Below, one piece after another: positions 61,356 through 64,000 of a stretch of DNA of 64,000 nucleotides. The stretch's first letter is position 1; each line of letters starts with the position of its first letter. The notes under the pieces are model-generated. The model was not told the DNA's origin, did not search any database, and saw only the letters and a list, made by a program, of their open reading frames with translations. Source of the DNA: Planctomycetota bacterium (lineage in GTDB: Bacteria > Planctomycetota > UBA8108 > SXIK01); assembly GCA_965223265.1 (NCBI GenBank), contig OZ244999.1, positions 8,128,001 through 8,192,000 of the forward strand, written 5' to 3'. The position numbers were made by a program, and so were the translations under genes.

Positions 61356-61544
61356 TCATTCGTCCTCGACGTTAAACTTTCGACCGTCGATTTCCACCAC
61401 GTCGCCGCCGGCCAGCCTGCGTCCACGTCGCGTCTCGACGCTGCCGTTGACCTGGACTCTTCCGGCTTGTATGGCAATCTTCGCCGCACCGCCGGTCTCG
61501 ACGGCCCCCACCAGCTTCAGGAATTGATCGAGTTTGATTTGCAT
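61356..61544 (-). CDS. RNA-binding S4 domain protein (YaaA/YbcJ family)
   Basis: IKLDQFLKLVGAVETGGAAKIAIQAGRVQVNGSVETRRGRRL...GDVV matches the family pattern. Confidence 0.9.
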   Translation of the reverse strand: MQIKLDQFLKLVGAVETGGAAKIAIQAGRVQVNGSVETRRGRRLAGGDVVEIDGRKFNVEDE

Positions 61545-61728
61545 GACGATGAAAGAAGACGGTTCGCACAAAGTGCGCCAAGTTCGCGAAGATCGAGGCG
61601 TCTGACGGAGGGCCAGAGAACTGGCGGACCCGATCTCAAAACGGCCAGGACGTGTGCGGCGCGTTGAAAGAGCGTATCGCATCTTCGACCGTTACCGCTG
61701 CCGAAGAAAGCTGCAGTCAACAGCCCCT

Positions 61729-63999
61729 TCAATTCTCTGACTCGATACTGCTGCTGATGCTTAAGGACACTTGTCCACCGTCGGCGCCCGCCGGTTCGCC
61801 GAAGCGAGGGCGGCGCAGACGCAAGCGCTTTTCAATCTCAGGGTAGCCGCTGGTGAGGAGAGCTTCGCGTACGGCAAGCAGGCGAGTGATGCCTAGCGCG
61901 ACGCATGCTTCCTTCGTGCGCCGCATGCCGTGGCGCTCCGCGCCAGGACGCAAGAGCTCGAGAATGCGATCGAGCGCTTGTTCGGTGAATCCCAGCTCGA
62001 GGTCGAAGGCCCCGACGCGAGATCGCAGCTGCTCGGCGGCATCGCTGAGTCCGGAAGTCAGCGCTGCTCGCGCTTCCGCTGCCACCCGCTGGCGTGCCGC
62101 CGTCAATGTGTCGCGCTTGCGTCGCAGCCGCGCCAGCAGATCGAGAGTGTCCTGCCGCGACGGGTTGACGCGGGCATGAGTCGTCGTCACATCCCCACCG
62201 CCGACGTCATGGCGCAGTGTGAGGACGAGGCTGTCGTCGTCGTCAAGGCGTTCGAGCAGCGGCTGAAGTGCGTTCCTGCCTTCGATGTCGAGTACGGTGC
62301 CGCCGGGGGCGAACGTGACAACGGTGGCTTCGTCTTCCACTTCTTCCTCGTCACCACCCAGTCCAACAAGGCCGCCTAGCGCGCCGGCGGCGCGAAACGC
62401 GGAACCCTGAATGGCGTTCCCGATCAAGGAGTTCAGCGCGCCCACGGCCGCTCCCGTCGCCTGCACCGCCGAGAACTCCCCGCCCGGAAGGGAAACAGGC
62501 ACGGAGAGGTCGAGAGCGCCGTTTTCATCGCGCAGCACGAAGAGCACCACGTCGAGCGGCGCGGGCAAATGAAGGTAGCGAAAGATAGGGCCATCGGGCC
62601 CCTCTGAGAGCCCGAGATCGGTGAAGCGTACACGCGAATTCGTGTCGATCGTTCCGTCTTCCTTGATGCGGACGGTGACGCCGGTGTCGAAGAGCCCGTC
62701 GGAGAGTGTCATCCCAGCCGCGGCCGCGGGGCCGCGCAGGTTCGTGAGCTCGAGGGCACTGATTCCCGCCTTGACCCAGCCTTGCAGCTTTGGCGAGAAC
62801 ACCAGTCGACCGCTCAGGACGATCTCCTCGAAAAACGGTCGCGCCTCCATCGAAGTGGAGTCTACTTCGTCCCCGGAGATTACGGCGACCGCATCGCTGA
62901 CAGCACCGACGAGCATGCCTTTGTTCGCCTTACTTGGAAGCTCGACCTTGCCGGAGCCCATGACTGCGCTAAAGCGGATCGGCAGGGGCTCGCTCAGCGC
63001 CCTCGTCGTCGCGCCTCGCACTTCGAGGTCGAGCTCGGTGAGGGGAACCTGCATGGGCGGATCGGAGACAAGATCTTCGAAAAGAAAATCGATGCCGCTG
63101 ACGAGGACCTGGTCGACGCGGATCTCGGCGGTCGTCTCTTGCTGACGGCCGACCATCTCGGACTGTCTGCCATCCGCGCTGACGTCGCCGGCAGTGTCGC
63201 CTCCTTGGTTCGCTGAGTCGCCGTTTGCCGGGTCGCGCTCTTCGGTATGAGCGCCCCGAGCCTCGGAGGCGGCAAGTTCGTCGCCGACTTCCGAGGTGGC
63301 CGTGGCGCCTTCTGGCTCCTCGGTTGCCGCGGTTTTATCTGGTTCACCCGTTTCTTCTGTTTGCTGTGTGTCCTCAGTCGCGTCGGTCGCATCTTCTGGC
63401 GCTGCTGCGGCGAGCTTGAGTGTCAGTCCTGCCGCCTCGATGCCTTCCTCGACATAGCGCAGAAGCCCTTGAGGTTTGGTCATCTCAATCAGTTTGATGT
63501 GGACGTTTCCGGAGGTCGGGTCGAATCTGGCAAGGTCGACCTGCAGCGACTCGAGACCCGCGAGTGCGCGCGGCTCGTCGGCGCTCGTCAGGCGCACTCC
63601 TTTGACCGTCAAGTCGGCACCGAATCCGTTGCGGAAATCGAAATCGAGTGCGTGTCGGCGTCTGGCTCGCAGCGTTGTTTCTATGCGGGCCGCAAAGCGT
63701 CCGTCGTTCAGTCCGTCGCCGTCGAGCTGAGAGCTGAGGCTTGGAAACGCCCGGAGCAAACCACTTCCTTCGATGCCGGTGACGAGGACATCGACAGCCG
63801 CGTGAGGCTCGATCGCAAATGGAGCTGATTCCAAACGCACCATGAACTCTGAGACGAGCGGCGAGACTTCGCCGCGCAGCTCAAGCACGGCTGGGTCGCG
63901 CTGATCTGGCTCCGGGCCGAGGAGCTCGATCTGATCGGGATTGTGGAGGCGGACGTCTTTGACTTCGATGGCATCGCCATCCGGTTCCGCCTCGCTGCG
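61729..63999 (-). CDS. DUF748 / AsmA-like protein, C-terminal part (5' end beyond the window)
   Basis: The frame stays open to the window edge. Beta-rich segments, LPAPLDVVLFVLRDENGALDLSVPV, and an OmpA-like tail VTFAPGGTVLD typical of DUF748 proteins. Confidence 0.7.
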   Translation of the reverse strand, partial: RSEAEPDGDAIEVKDVRLHNPDQIELLGPEPDQRDPAVLELRGEVSPLVSEFMVRLESAPFAIEPHAAVDVLVTGIEGSGLLRAFPSLSSQLDGDGLNDGRFAARIETTLRARRRHALDFDFRNGFGADLTVKGVRLTSADEPRALAGLESLQVDLARFDPTSGNVHIKLIEMTKPQGLLRYVEEGIEAAGLTLKLAAAAPEDATDATEDTQQTEETGEPDKTAATEEPEGATATSEVGDELAASEARGAHTEERDPANGDSANQGGDTAGDVSADGRQSEMVGRQQETTAEIRVDQVLVSGIDFLFEDLVSDPPMQVPLTELDLEVRGATTRALSEPLPIRFSAVMGSGKVELPSKANKGMLVGAVSDAVAVISGDEVDSTSMEARPFFEEIVLSGRLVFSPKLQGWVKAGISALELTNLRGPAAAAGMTLSDGLFDTGVTVRIKEDGTIDTNSRVRFTDLGLSEGPDGPIFRYLHLPAPLDVVLFVLRDENGALDLSVPVSLPGGEFSAVQATGAAVGALNSLIGNAIQGSAFRAAGALGGLVGLGGDEEEVEDEATVVTFAPGGTVLDIEGRNALQPLLERLDDDDSLVLTLRHDVGGGDVTTTHARVNPSRQDTLDLLARLRRKRDTLTAARQRVAAEARAALTSGLSDAAEQLRSRVGAFDLELGFTEQALDRILELLRPGAERHGMRRTKEACVALGITRLLAVREALLTSGYPEIEKRLRLRRPRFGEPAGADGGQVSLSISSSIESEN

Positions 64000-64000
64000 A

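Noticed and set aside
63708-63980. Possible frameshift or separate ORF upstream of the DUF748-like gene
   Set aside because: The main frame reads open to the window edge (RSEAEPDGDAIEVKDVRLHNP...), so the gene is simply cut by the window.

Overview
This is a GC-rich, gene-dense chromosomal segment, almost certainly from a planctomycete. The evidence is a PSD1/planctomycete cytochrome c protein plus DUF1501 pair, two proteins with a C-terminal 'FxRGDxNxDxxVxIxD' dockerin-like tag, a PQQ/BamB propeller, a prenyltransferase/squalene-oxidase-repeat protein and a TPR Ser/Thr kinase. It carries about 43 genes. These include housekeeping enzymes (SolA-like oxidase, FumC, macro domain, Fe-ADH, PfkB, nitrilase, glucan phosphorylase, ICL/PEP mutase), an RND efflux operon, secreted proteins and lipoproteins, and a nine-gene lipid-linked glycosylation cluster at about 49.6-60.4 kb. 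I saw no rRNA, tRNA, CRISPR array or transposase. Most unusual features: (1) a secreted protein of 14 tandem repeats with palindromic C-x3-C-x10-C-x9-C-x10-C-x3-C spacing ending in a dockerin-like tag, whose variant repeats point to nested disulfide-laddered helical hairpins; (2) a eukaryote-type hexokinase homologue with altered ATP- and sugar-binding motifs; (3) the glycosylation cluster, which combines an intact and a degenerate GT2, a GlpD-like flavoprotein and a PHP-like hydrolase; (4) a structured, possibly switchable 5' leader at about 14.25-14.40 kb; (5) a divergent Prs paralogue; and (6) intergenic repeats, namely (GTGAGA)18, three 17-bp direct repeats and a MITE-like element. All calls come from reading motifs by eye; no searches were run.
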